Origin: Anthoceros angustus
Taxonomy: Eukaryota > Plantae > Anthocerotophyta
Direction: 5' to 3'
NCBI GenBank assembly: GCA_010909165.1
Contig: MU008169.1
Location: 1,302,001 to 1,366,000 of the forward strand
Length of the DNA stretch: 64,000 bases
Shown: positions 35,553 through 47,269 of the stretch, one piece after another
Layout of the letters: the number at the start of each line of letters is the position of its first letter
How positions within the stretch are numbered: the stretch's first letter is position 1
Translations under genes and position numbers: made by a program
The notes under the pieces: model-generated
Told to the model about the DNA's origin: nothing
Databases searched by the model: none
What the model saw: only the letters and a program-made list of their open reading frames with translations

Positions 35553-37397
35553 CTAAACAGGGTAAGTGGTGAGAGGAGCGTTGTCCACGTAGGCGGTGTT
35601 GCTAAGGTAAATGTAGATGTTGGGATGATCCACATCCAGGAACACCTCATTGGTGCTCAGTGCTGGGCACACCGCTTTGTCGATACAGACATCCGCACCT
35701 CCAATGACGTAAGCCAGTCCTCCAGCAGTTGCTGCTGCGGTTCGGAATCGAGCTGTTGGGATCATGGCCTTCTGCACCCAGGTTTGATCTGAACCCACAA
35801 ACACCTGACCCACAGAAGATGGTTGAGAAACAGTTCCAGGCAGGGATGCAGGCAGGCGAGAACAGAGTCTGGAAGCTTTGCTTCCTACCACTTGCTGCTT
35901 ACCTCGTTCACATGCTTGGGGTACTTGAATGTGTCATTGTTTTGGTAGTGGCCTTCGCCGCCAACCAGTATCATCAGATTACCAGGGAGCACGGTAAGAC
36001 CCTGCAGGCATGGCAAGGGACAGAACAGTCAGGTAGTGAGCAGAGGCAACTCAAATGGGGAGACAGAGATCACTTACTGCATCTCCTCGGGCCGTGAGGA
36101 GCTTCGGCCTCTTCGTCCAGGTCGATGTGGCAGGGTTGAAGGACTCCATAGCGTCAGAGAAGGCATTGTTATTTCCTGCTTGCTGTTGTAACCAAGGAGG
36201 TAAGCAGGAGGCTCATCAGATGAGACCAGCTGAATAGGGAAATGGCAAGGAAGTGACCAGAGGGTAGTAGGTGAGTCATGCTCACATCGATATACCCGCC
36301 GAGCACGTAGACCTCGTTCATGAAGCTGACACACATGAGATCCCCCCGTGGAGTAGGCATGTCAGGCACTCGGGTCCACGTATTTGTGGCAGGATCGAAG
36401 ACCTCAGTGGTAGCAAGGTAGGCGTAGTCCACTCCATAGCCTCCTACAACGTAGAGCTGTTTCATTTACCAGCCTTTGATCAGCATCTGTGTCTCATCCT
36501 TTGCAGCCTTGCAGAACTGCCCTGGTGAGCATGTTATGTTACCTTGCCAGTGAGGCTGGCTGCACAGCAGTCTGAATGGACAGACGTTGTGTTAGGCCCA
36601 GCACTCCAGGAGTCTGCGGCAACGTCGTATATGAAGGTTGTGGTCACCAAATCCTCGTTGTCTCCAGTCCCCTTGCGCCCTCCCACAACATATATCTTGC
36701 CTGCACCAAGGTTTGCAACACTTCCTATGTAAACCTCTTCCCATTGGATTCCGTGAGCATGTGCAAAGCTTCATGAATTCACACTTTGAGCTGGTTTTGC
36801 AGGACTCAGACCCACCATCCAGAACATCAGCCCCAAACCGGTACCGAGGTTGAGGCATCGGTGACAGCTGAGTGTAGATGTGAAGAACCGGATTGTACAC
36901 CCAGACGGCATCCAAAACCACGTTGGAGTCATTTGCTCCTCCGATGATGTACACCAGGTCGTTTACAGACACCGCAGCGTGATCCGTCAAGTTGCCTACC
37001 CAGAACTCAAGCACGTCAGCATGCACATCTTCCAAGACCGAGCCCAGTGAAGAATGAAGCAACGGCCCAAACCCACACCTGGTAGCGACGCCCGTGCTCC
37101 CCAGAACCCCGTGCCTCGGAAGAGGCTGCCTCCATAGGTGAGCCCGTTCAAGCTTCTGTTGCCGGAATTACTTGCAAAGGTGACATTAGGATGCTCCACC
37201 AGGCCTCGGTACTTCCCCAGAGTATCGATTCGGCGGCCCTGAGATGCTCCCACCCCGATGAGAGCAACCAGCAGAATCACCACCAGCACTGACAATCCTA
37301 GTATCAGAAACCACGCCCTGTTCACCGTCTTCTTCAAGCTTTGCAGCTCGTCATGAATCCGACCCAGCGCCCCGCTGTCGTAATCCATGGACTTCAT
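35553..37397 (-). CDS. Six-bladed kelch-repeat protein with an N-terminal transmembrane anchor
   Basis: TM segment WFLILGLSVLVVILLVALIGVG. Kelch repeats VYIIGG, IYVVGG, LYVVGG, VYVLGG, ILVGG and AYVIGG have YDP/W spacing. The start ATG is uncertain. Confidence 0.85.
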
Positions 37398-38309
37398 TCG
37401 TCCCCCGCTGCCGGCAGACAGATCCAGCCTCTCCTCCAAAAAAAGTTTCACAACACTGAAACCAACACTTCAAACAAAACCATCGCCATAGCCAGGAAGC
37501 AACAAGCTCAAATTCAGTGCACACCGCACGCAAAACGAAGTAAAGTCTGACGATGGGAGAAGAGTCTGACGATGAAAGGTGAAGAAGAAGACAGACAGAC
37601 AATCATTCCAAAGTCGACAACAGTTCCTTCCAGACCTGCAATCCTCAGCAGCTGCCGCTGCCGGGAAGCTGAGAGACCCAAAACAAGGGAGGCAAATGAA
37701 GAAGAGGGGGAGGCAAGAGCTGGCCGTCTACTGGAATCCCTGGACTGTAGGCGGCCGCCTAGCCTGCTGGAGGGTCGGTTGAATTGCCCGATTCTTGCCC
37801 TTTTTAGATTGGCTTGAAGTTGTGTGTGCCTTGGCTTTCTCTCCTAGCGTGTGCACAGTTGCACAGTTTCTTGTTAGAGGCGTCCTAAAACCGTGATGGC
37901 AGCGCGGCATCTTCGGTGTCATCTGTGGCATCCGATCGTTGAGATTTGATGATAACATTTTCGATCTGAATGATCTGCATGAATGTCAAGGAGAGTGGAA
38001 AGTGGTGGATGACGTTCAGAGGCTCGTGGGACCCATGGAGATGTACTTGTTGTATGTACATGTATGGACAGGCCGGGGCCACCAACCACGTCTTTGACTT
38101 TGGACAGGTTGCGGTGGAGCGACGGTGTCCTGTCCGGCAACATGGAGGGAGGAAGATTCCTGGCAGGAGATTGGGAGTGGGTCACCAATCTGATTGCAGG
38201 CTTGTTTATACATTTCCTGCCTCAAGTTGAGAAATCACGAGTACAGAATGGAGAGTAGAGATCCTAGGCTTGTGGGGTTGAGCCAGGAGAAGATGGAGGA
38301 GAGTGGAGA

Positions 38310-39570
38310 TCAAGCCAGAGCTTCCACCACCAGCTGGGCGACCTTTCCTGCACTTGCAGGGTTCTGGCCTGTGACCAGCTTCCCGTCTGCTACTGCATAA
38401 GGTTCCTGCACAAACAACATCATACATGGACAGATATGGTGAGAAGAATCGAGCTTGTAGCGGAGAGGAGATTATGGGAATCTGCTTCACTTACGAAGTC
38501 AGGGGCCCTCCCGTAGTTGGCACCCAGTTCCTTCAGGGTGGTTTCCAGCAGGAAGGGCACTTTGTTGGTTTTCCCCACAGCTTCCTCTTCACTGTTACTG
38601 AAGCCTCCCACCTGGTGAAGGAAACGTCACACGGATCAGGGAAACCAGCTGGGTCCCAGTTCCATACCAGAGATGGCTATTTCGGGTTGCTGTAACGGAC
38701 ACTTACATTCCTCCCCTTCACAATTGGCTCTCCGCTCGGGGTTTTCACATTCACAATAGCACAGGGACCATGGCAGACGGCAGCCACCACCTTCCCTTCG
38801 GCCCAGAACTTCTCCAGCAAGGCTATGGAGTCCTTATCCACTGGGACGTCGAAAACTACCCCATGGCCGCCTGCAGCAACCATTCCCCCATGCCACATGG
38901 TCAGGCTTCCTTCATGAATGGAAGAGGGAGCGGAGTAGTACCCAAGAGCTTGAAAGAGCGTGGCCATCACCTGGCACGAAAACGGCGTCATACGAATCCT
39001 TGACATCTTTCACAGCTACGGTATCGTCCAGCAGGGCTTTCAGTGGTGCTGCATAGCATATTCCACATTTCCAACAGACCATGACAGGCATGCAATCAGC
39101 AAGGTTGATGGGTTGCGTTAAGAACGGGACGGGCGTGCTTTTACATACCATCTCCCAAGAACTTCTCCACTTCCTCCGTAACACTTCCTTCGCTCACGCT
39201 CGTTGGGTCTGTTGGGATTTGGATTGCATCACCGTTTTGTTAGATCCAACACTAGTGCCCCCCACATCATGCAGGCCATTCCACAAATTAGAGGTTGTTC
39301 GATAGGAGCATCACCAATGGGGATCCTGCCACCCTTCACACTGACAATGTCCACATCGAAGCCTTCTTGCTGGAACACGTAAAAGGGAGTGATCAGCTCT
39401 TCCGCCCTGCCAATGGCACACATCACCCAAAACGCGGATCAGCTCCACGAGCTCATGGATCCAGCTAACATGGAAAACACAGAAGACCAAGCTCACCATA
39501 ATCCGGTGGGTTCACCCGTCAAGAGCTTGTCATGGGATGACACCAGGAAAAGGATCCGCTTGGCCACCAT
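38310..39570 (-). CDS. Single-domain DJ-1/PfpI protein of Hsp31 (glyoxalase III) type
   Basis: Spliced peptide KRILFLVSSHD...TGLW|AEELITPFYVF...YDAVFVPG|GHGVVFD...VAAVCHGP...GFSNSEEEAVG...VPFLLE...DGKLVTGQNPASA. Confidence 0.9.
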
Positions 39571-39993
39571 GTTTGAGCTACCACAGTGATGCTGATGAGA
39601 CAAGAACAGACAGCTGCAGACGTTACAGACGCAGAGCTGCTGTGCACAAGAAAAGTTGCGACCGTCCAGGCGAAGCTTCAACGGAAGGTCATCAGAAGCG
39701 TGACAAGATGCAGCCCAACGAAGAAGACTGTGCCACGTAAAAGTGCTGGTCCAGGTCAGAGAATTGGAATATCTCAGATAAAAAAATACGATGGCCCAGT
39801 GCATGCCATGGCCATGCTGGGTTCGAAGCACATGGCGAGTCGCGATGAATTCGGGGTTCCTCGTTCGAGACTGTAGGGTTTGAAGTTTGAAGAAGACCGG
39901 AACGGATTCGATTTCACGTTGGTGGGTTGGTGGGATGTCCCGAGCTGGAAGATATTGAAAGCTGCTGGTGCTACCTGTTGGGTCAGCTGACCC

Positions 39994-41521
39994 ATGGCAG
40001 GCTCCGGACTTACCAGGCTTCTCTTGCATGTGCAGCGGGCTTCTGGGTGCCTGCGAGCTGCAGGAGTGGGCGTTGCCACTTTGCAGGCCTCTCGGATTGG
40101 TGGGTTCCTGACGCAGCTCCTTCCAGCCAGCCGGTACATCCTGTGTTGCAAGTTTGTGGACTGATGGGGCAAAATCGCAGTGTGTAGTGGAGGATATGGC
40201 GTAACGCATCTTCAAGGGGATGCAGGTGCGGCACGCTTAGAGCAGCAGAGATGGATATGGTCGTGTCGTGGTCCCTTGAGCTCACAGCAAACAGAGACAC
40301 GGGAGCCCAGTTCAGGGGCAGAGGCAGAGGCAGGGGCAGGGGCAGGGGCAGGGGACGGGGCAGGGGCAGGGGCAGGGGAGGACGGGGCTCAAAGCGGAAC
40401 GGCATCCTGTGGTGGATTTTTCGACAACCTAAGTGTTGATATTGTGGGGGATGGGGTTGTGGGCTTGGTGACATTGAACAGACCAAAAGCTCTGAATGCT
40501 CTGTCCAAGGCCCTCCTGGAGGAGTTGGTGGATGTTGTTCACACATTCCAAAACATGCCAGAGGTATGTCGGTTGATGGGTAGGTGCATTTCACACACTT
40601 GTTCCAATCGGTTGGGCTGTGCTGGGCTACAGAAGACAAGTGAGCATTGTGATGTGCCTTACCAATGAGACCTCTATGGCAACAGATTGGCGCCATCGTC
40701 ATCACGGGCAACGAGAAGGCGTTTGCAGCTGGTGCTGACATCAAGGAACTGCAAAATGGAACTGTCGTGGATGCCTTCATGGATCGATTGACGCCTTTCA
40801 CCAAGGCCGCTCGCTCTCTTCCTTCTGCCAAGATCCCCTTGATAGCTGCTGTCAGCGGGTGCTCCACTCACCTTCCATCCTCATCCCACAATGGCTAGGG
40901 TTTAGTTAGGGTTTTGCTTTGCATTGCTCACGCCTGCTTGTAATGTTGCAGGTATGCCCTCGGCGGTGGCTGCGAACTAGCAATGCTGTGCGACATCATT
41001 CTGGCAGGAGAGACTGCCGTGTTTGGGCAGCCAGAAGTGAAGCTGGGTGTAATTCCAGGCATAGGAGGCACACAGCGACTGATTCGTGAAGTAGGCAAGT
41101 CCCGCGCCATGGAAATGGTCCTCACTGGAGAGTACTTCATGAAAGCCCGGGAAGCCTGTGACCGAGGGCTCATCAGCCGCGTGGTATGTTATTCCATTTC
41201 CATCACACTCTCTTCCCTCTCCTATCTTCTCCTCGAGAATCCCTGAAGACAACAACTCTCTCCTCTCTGTCTCACCAGGTTCCAGGAACCCACCAAGACG
41301 TGATCAAGGAAGCAACCGAGCTGGGCAAGAAGATCGCACAGCTCTCGAGGCCGGTGGTGGCCATGGCAAAGGATGCCGTCAACACAGCCTACGAGACGTC
41401 TCTGCAAGAAGGGCTGAAGCAGGAGAGAGTTCTCTTCTGCTCCACGTTCGGGCTGGAGGATCAAAAGGAGGGCATGGCCGCGTTCGTGGCTAAGAGGCAG
41501 GCCAAGTTCTCGCATAAATAA
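39994..41521 (+). CDS. Short-chain enoyl-CoA hydratase (ECHS1/PaaF-like crotonase), probably mitochondrial
   Basis: mTP-like exon [17 protein letters not shown], then [56 protein letters not shown] and [13 protein letters not shown]; both catalytic Glu are present. Confidence 0.92.
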
Positions 41522-41606
41522 TTAACCCATATCGCTCACGAACAGTGTGTGAGCCTGTCAGCAGTGTACATATCTGCCCGAAATTAGGCTGCTTTTAAAC
41601 TCCCAA

Positions 41607-42842
41607 TCAAGCGGTAACTGCTTGTTGCTGCAGCCCAGGGTCGTCGAACCCGGTCTGGCGCACCGACCGGACTTTGAGCATGTTAGGCCTCTGGTGCCGC
41701 CACTGCGCCGTGCCCTTGTCCGTGGCGTAGAGGCTCACCTCCAGCTGTGCGTCCTCCTGCTCGGCCTTCAACTGCGAGTTGTTCACCACCAGGAGCTGCA
41801 CGCGCCGGAAGGAAGGCGGCCGCCGGAGCTGCGGCCTCGGCGCCACGAACATCTTGTTGTGTGCCTTCGGGACGGGCAGCTTCAGGCTCACGGCGAGCAG
41901 CGTCTCGACGACGGCGCCCATCCCGGGCCGCCGGTCGCTGCTCCGGCGCACGCAGCGCGCGGCCAGGAGCGCCAGCTGCGCGGCCAGGTCATTGCGGAGC
42001 GCGGGGAGCCGCGGATCCAGCACGCCCGCGACGTCGCCTCTTTTGATCTTCGGCAACGCCCAGTCCACCAGCCCGGCAGGCTCCCGCGCGACGTCTATCG
42101 CCTGCCGCCCGCTCAGCATCTCCAGCAGCAGGACCCCGAAGCTGAAGACGTCGATTCCAGGGCAGATCCGGCTGGGCGACTCGTAGTCGGGGTCCAGGTA
42201 GCCGAGCGTCCCCGCGGGCGGCGTCCGCAGGCGCCCGACGTCCTCCATCCGCCCGCGCACCGCCAGCCCGAAGTCAGCGATCTTGGCGTGCCACCTCCGG
42301 TCCAGCAGCACGTTGGCGGACTTGATGTCGCGGTGCACGATCGGGGGCTGCGCCGAGTGCAGCGCCAGCAGCCCCTGCGCGATCTGCATCGCCAGCCTCG
42401 CCCGCAGCGGCCAGTCGGGAACGGGAACGGGAACGGGAACAGGATCGGACTCTCCCTCTCCGTCCTGCGGCAGCGGAGGGTGCAGCGCGTCATAGAGCGT
42501 CCCGTTGGGCACCAGCTCCACCACCAGCAGCTTCTCGGGGGCCGCGGCGTCGGTCGATCCCACCAGGTTCACGATCCGTTCATGCCGCAGCTTGGAGAGG
42601 ATCTCCAGCTCCTTCTCCAGCCTCGCGCGCGACATCCCGTTAGCCCGCTGCACGGCCACCACCCGCTTCAACCCGTCGTCCTTGAGAATCGCCTTGTACA
42701 CTCTCCCGTGGCTGCCCTTCCCCACCAGCTGCTCCGCCGAGAAGCCGCCCGTTGCGGTCACCAGTTCCTGGTACCGGAACGGCTCCAGCTTGGGCGCCGT
42801 CTGCTTCTCTACCGCCACCTTCATGCAGAAGGCACAAGACAT
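41607..42842 (-). CDS. Receptor-like cytoplasmic kinase, intronless and GC-rich, with VAVK changed to VAVQ
   Basis: GKGSHGRVY, VVAVQR, VHRDIKSANVLL, ADFGLA, PAGTLGYLDPDY and DVFSFGVLLLE; N-terminal MSCAFC. Confidence 0.88.
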   Translation of the reverse strand: MSCAFCMKVAVEKQTAPKLEPFRYQELVTATGGFSAEQLVGKGSHGRVYKAILKDDGLKRVVAVQRANGMSRARLEKELEILSKLRHERIVNLVGSTDAAAPEKLLVVELVPNGTLYDALHPPLPQDGEGESDPVPVPVPVPDWPLRARLAMQIAQGLLALHSAQPPIVHRDIKSANVLLDRRWHAKIADFGLAVRGRMEDVGRLRTPPAGTLGYLDPDYESPSRICPGIDVFSFGVLLLEMLSGRQAIDVAREPAGLVDWALPKIKRGDVAGVLDPRLPALRNDLAAQLALLAARCVRRSSDRRPGMGAVVETLLAVSLKLPVPKAHNKMFVAPRPQLRRPPSFRRVQLLVVNNSQLKAEQEDAQLEVSLYATDKGTAQWRHQRPNMLKVRSVRQTGFDDPGLQQQAVTA

Positions 42843-43485
42843 TTCTCCTCCTTACCAACACTGGTGTCTCAGCGACACCATGGAATGCAGCCGGAGCCGC
42901 AGCCGCAGCCAGAATCGAACCGCCGACCTGCACATTGGAAGGCGACGCACCTATCCAACCTACCCATCGAGCAGCGCTAACTTAGCTCTTCCTCCATGAA
43001 ACGGGTAAGGGATCGGCGCTGCCATCGCCTTCAGGCCCAGCTTTGAGGCAACTGGAAGCCGTCGCCGTGCCAGCTTTGCTGCTGTGTTCCCGGGACCCGG
43101 GCAGATGCGGCCATCTGCTCTGCCGACTGCTGCACATGTGTGTACCAGGCGAAGCAGGAATCCATTAAGTCGCCGATTATTTTCTCGGGCGGTGCCTCCG
43201 AGGTTGCTCTCCCTGTCGATTTCGGCTGGAATCTCATCCATGTGACTGTCCCCTTCCGGAGCAGGCATACCTGAAGTTGTAAACAAACGCTAGAACTCGC
43301 AGGAATTCAGTTTCCGTGGCCGGATGAAGGCCACCTGCTGAAGAAAGGAATGTTCTGGTTGTGTCGTCCCGGAAGAATGGACTGTTGCTGGTGGAGGATT
43401 GTTCGGCGTTTCAGCTTTTCTCTTTAGTGAGCTTTTTTGTTGTTGGTGGACGGGACGTGGTTTTGGCGCTAACATTGAAAACAAG

Positions 43486-45362
43486 TCATTGATTTGAAGA
43501 AGTTCGTTGGATAGTGGAATCGGGTAACACTGTGAAACGAACGGAAGAGCAGATGCTATCACGAAGTTGTAGAGATTCCTCTACGACTTGAGCAAACTCG
43601 AGAATAGGAGGAGGCGAGGCTACAACACTAGAACGACGTTCTACCAGTTCACACACTTCTGCCATCGCCGGTCGTAGGGACGGATCCTTTTGAATGCACC
43701 ACAGTCCCAGTTTGCATAGCTTGATAGCCTCTTGGGCATCGAATTTCCCTTGGAGCCTCTTGTCCACCAGCGCTAGCTCCTCCTTTCGTATCGCGGTACC
43801 TTGCTCTTCATCTCCTGCCACCGCTGGTTAGCACACGCTTACTTCAGAAAACAAGCGGAAGGCTTTCGGATGAAACCCTAGTTTGGATGAAACCCTAGAG
43901 AGAGAATGTAGAGAGAACATGGAGATGCTCACCTCGGGCTTCCGTGTCACCGGAGATAGTGTGCTGCGCCCAGGCCGGAAAATAGCGGCGCTCCGGCAGT
44001 TCCATGGCGTCGTCTCGATTGCGGCGGCCGCTCACAAGCTCCAGCAACAGCATCCCGTAGCTGAAGACATGGCTCGCCTGGGAAGAAGCCAAGATGGGCG
44101 CATCCTGGAGTAGCACTTCCGGGGCCACATAGCCTTCGCTGAGCAGAGTCTGGCTCAGGTCCGTGCATCCCGAGGGGCTTATCTCCGCAGCCCCTACAGA
44201 GTCCGCCAGCTTGGGCTCGAAGGTGTCTGACAGAAGGATGTTCTCTGGCTTGAGGTCCAAGTGCAGGAATCTGGACTCCCCGCCGTAGGCGCTGTGAAAT
44301 GCCACCAGTCCCTGCTTGCAGGGCAACATCCCTTTCTCACATGTCAGTGGACATACATGCCATCGGCCATTTATGCATTGCATCCAGTAGCAGACTGAAC
44401 TAGGTTGAAGTAAATAAACCTTGGCCAGAGCGTTGGCGATGCAGATGCGCTGCTCCCAGGTAAGCACCATCTCTCCTCCTCCGAACATCCACCTGTCCAA
44501 GGACCCATTCGCCATCTCCTCGTACACCAGCAGGCGGTGGGTGCCGTCCATGCAGTAGCCCAACAGCTCCACCATGAAGAAATGCTTGGCAGATCCGGCA
44601 CCCAGCTTGGCCTTGAACTCGATGTCCCGATGGCGAGCCAGGCTCGCCACTGCATGGGCGTTGCACGCCGGGAGGCTCAGCTTTCTCACAACAATGCTGT
44701 GCCCTGCAGTAAGCGAGCCATACAAACATGTGAATCCATCCGTACAAGCTCTGGACAATGTCTAAAGGGCATGCAATCATGGATACATATGTACGTCTAC
44801 CTGTAGATGGATGGACCCCCTTGTAGTCGCTGCTCGACCTCCCATTCTGCTCAACCCTGTACGCAAAACTGTCTGTGGCATTCACCAGCTCCTGGTAGGA
44901 AAATCTGGGCAGGCCGAGGGCAGCAGTCTCCATATCCATGGACATATCAGTCTCTTCCCCGCCATTGCCAGCATGGGCAGCCATCTGGGCAACGGTAAGC
45001 TTGGTTTCTCCAATTTTCAGAGCAGGCTCTCGGAGCCCATTGCTATCGCTGTGTCTAGCCCGAGTGCCGGTCCAGGACCCATGGCCGCTCCAGGGCGCCA
45101 CCAAGGTCTTCACGTGCTCTGTGAACTGCCTCCTGGTCTCCGTCAGCTGCACCCTATTGGTATGGTAAGCCCACGCCATGAAAAAAGGCCACACCCCCAC
45201 TCCCAAGTAGTACCATCTGTTGAACTTCAGTGCAAGGCACAACAGCATGCCCTCGATCACCAAAATGGCCAGCACCGAGCACAGCATGCTCACTCCCAAA
45301 CTCCATGTGGGCGAATAGCATCTGCCTCCCTTGCAAGTGGAACCTGGCAGGTCCATGGACAT
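43486..45362 (-). CDS. Two-TM receptor-like pseudokinase (LRK10L/SD-like kinase domain)
   Basis: ATG 45362; two hydrophobic segments; PRFSYQELVNAT; LLGYCMDGTHRLLVYEEMANGSLDRW; HLDLKPENILL; DFG replaced by DSV; GYVAPE; HVFSYG; KLGLWCIQKDPSLRPAM. Both ends of the model are uncertain. Confidence 0.75.
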
Positions 45363-46762
45363 GGCTTATTAAGCTTGCAGAGCCTGGAAACGTGGATGCT
45401 GAGCTGCAGTGCTAGTTCTAGATATAGTCCTGCGTCCAAGCTTGCAATTGGGTTTTCTCATGAAATGGTCCATCGGTCGCAGCAAGCAGTGTGGGGAAAA
45501 ATTCACACTTCGCCCTCCTTGCCAAGTCATGCCAGCCATGGACTCCTTACATCTGGAGCTCGAGCTCTCCGCCAGCCTGCAGCCGGCAGAATCGAGCGAA
45601 TGTTCTCGGGTTTTAGGACCATGTGAATGGCTATATATAGTGAGGACTGGTCTGGCCTCCTCCTTGCCATGCCGCACCACTCACAACCCAGCTCCACATT
45701 AGCATTGTGATCCTTGGAAGCAACTCTTGTGAGGAAACCGTCTTTTTCCTCACATGATGTGGTGGATGAATGTGCCCACATCCAGCATAGACATTCTGAA
45801 CCCAACACAGCCATCCCTCGTGTTGTCCGCCCTGTTGTGGATTGCAAAAGCAAGTGGGCCAGCCGCTGGCCTGCGCCAAGTGGCTTGCTGGCTACTATCT
45901 GGCCATGGTCAGAGATACATCAAGGACACCATAGGACATGTTTGGCGCTACTAGGTACTACCAGCTAGCTGCACGGGGTCGATATATGATCTATATCCAA
46001 TACTCCTTAGGTGATGCCTTGCGTTAGAACACGCACAAAGGAATCCGACCCGCCCATTAGATGGGACGACTTCACTATTCCATTCATGAGTGTCAAACTC
46101 ACTCTTGTACAACTGCAAAAGACAAACACAACTTCCATGCAACTACAATGGACTAATAGAAGATAGGCGTCTCACGCTACAGGCTCGCAAGAGGCAACCG
46201 GCCAGCGAAAACTTGGTCTGACATCTCCCAGTCTACACTTTGTCCGCAACCAAGAAATCAGCTGTCTACACTTCCTCTGAAACAAAGAAATCAGCTGCCA
46301 CAGTGGGGCAGTGGAACAAGCAGCCACACCGCGAGAACTTGGTGCAAACATTTCTTTTGTCTATACTTTCTCTGAAACAAAGAAGTCAGCTGCCACAAAG
46401 CAGCCACACATCCCCAAGACCATGTATCGGACGCACCTAAGATGGCAAGACCATTCTAACCATTGTGTATCAACTGCTCTGTTGACCACCATATACATAC
46501 ATACAAACATACAACTGATCTACAAGTCCTCGAGCGAGGCAATGGGCAAGCCGCTGTGGCTTGTATATATGCACATACATGATCCCAGCTGAGGATGGAC
46601 GCAGCTAAACTATCGTTTCCTAGCGGACTGACGCATGAATGGGGGCGATAATAATTGAACTGAATGGGATCGATCGCTCACAACGCGATCTCTAACGGGA
46701 CTGGACATCCATCTGGCCACTCGCGCGCTTTCAAGAAAATTCGGACTTGGTGCCATCAATCT

Positions 46763-47269
46763 TCAGTAATTGGAGTCGTCCTGGCCTGCGTAGTTGCAGA
46801 GGCCGAAGGAGCATCGCTCGTTCCACCGGCATCGGATGCCGCAGCCGCCGCAATTTCTCGGGTCACGGGCGATATCAGCGCAGAAGCCGCCGCAGCATTG
46901 GGATCCGGCGCAGCACACGGTGCCGCAGTTGCCACAATTCTTATCGTCGCTGCCCACGTTGGTGCACTTGTTGCGGCAGCAATCGGACCCCGCGGGGCTG
47001 GACGCGCACACCTCCGGAAACCGGCTGCACGACGCCGTGCCCGATCGTCCGCTCTCCGGCGAGAAGCCTCTGAATCCCAAAATCACCTGGTTGTCCGCCC
47101 AAGACGACGCCGACGTCGATCTCGACGACAATCTCGACGCCGATTCGGAAGCCGAATCCGGGCCTGAATACACCCGATCGAGAGGCCGCAGCGTCGACAC
47201 TGGGAGCGCCGGCGCCAGCACCAGCCACAGAGCTGCTACCACAAACGTGCCCCGCTCGATCGACCTCAT
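46763..47269 (-). CDS. STIG1: STIG1-family secreted cysteine-rich protein (copy A)
   Basis: Signal peptide; CCRNKCTNVGSDDKNCGNCG...CCGGFCADIARDPRNCGGCGIRC...CSFGLCNYA. Confidence 0.9.
   Translation of the reverse strand: MRSIERGTFVVAALWLVLAPALPVSTLRPLDRVYSGPDSASESASRLSSRSTSASSWADNQVILGFRGFSPESGRSGTASCSRFPEVCASSPAGSDCCRNKCTNVGSDDKNCGNCGTVCCAGSQCCGGFCADIARDPRNCGGCGIRCRWNERCSFGLCNYAGQDDSNY

Noticed and set aside
41622-42980. 452-aa plus-strand ORF
   Set aside because: It is the antisense shadow of the GC-rich RLCK and has no recognisable motifs.
42800-43100. Fusion of the pseudo-RLK and RLCK into one tandem-kinase protein
   Set aside because: It needs introns of only 36-54 nt, including an in-frame 37-nt GTAAGG...GAAG, which is too short to accept without transcript data.
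44240-44270. HLD instead of HRD as proof of inactivity
   Set aside because: Non-RD motifs are normal in active LRK10L/SD-type kinases; the pseudokinase call rests on the other motifs.
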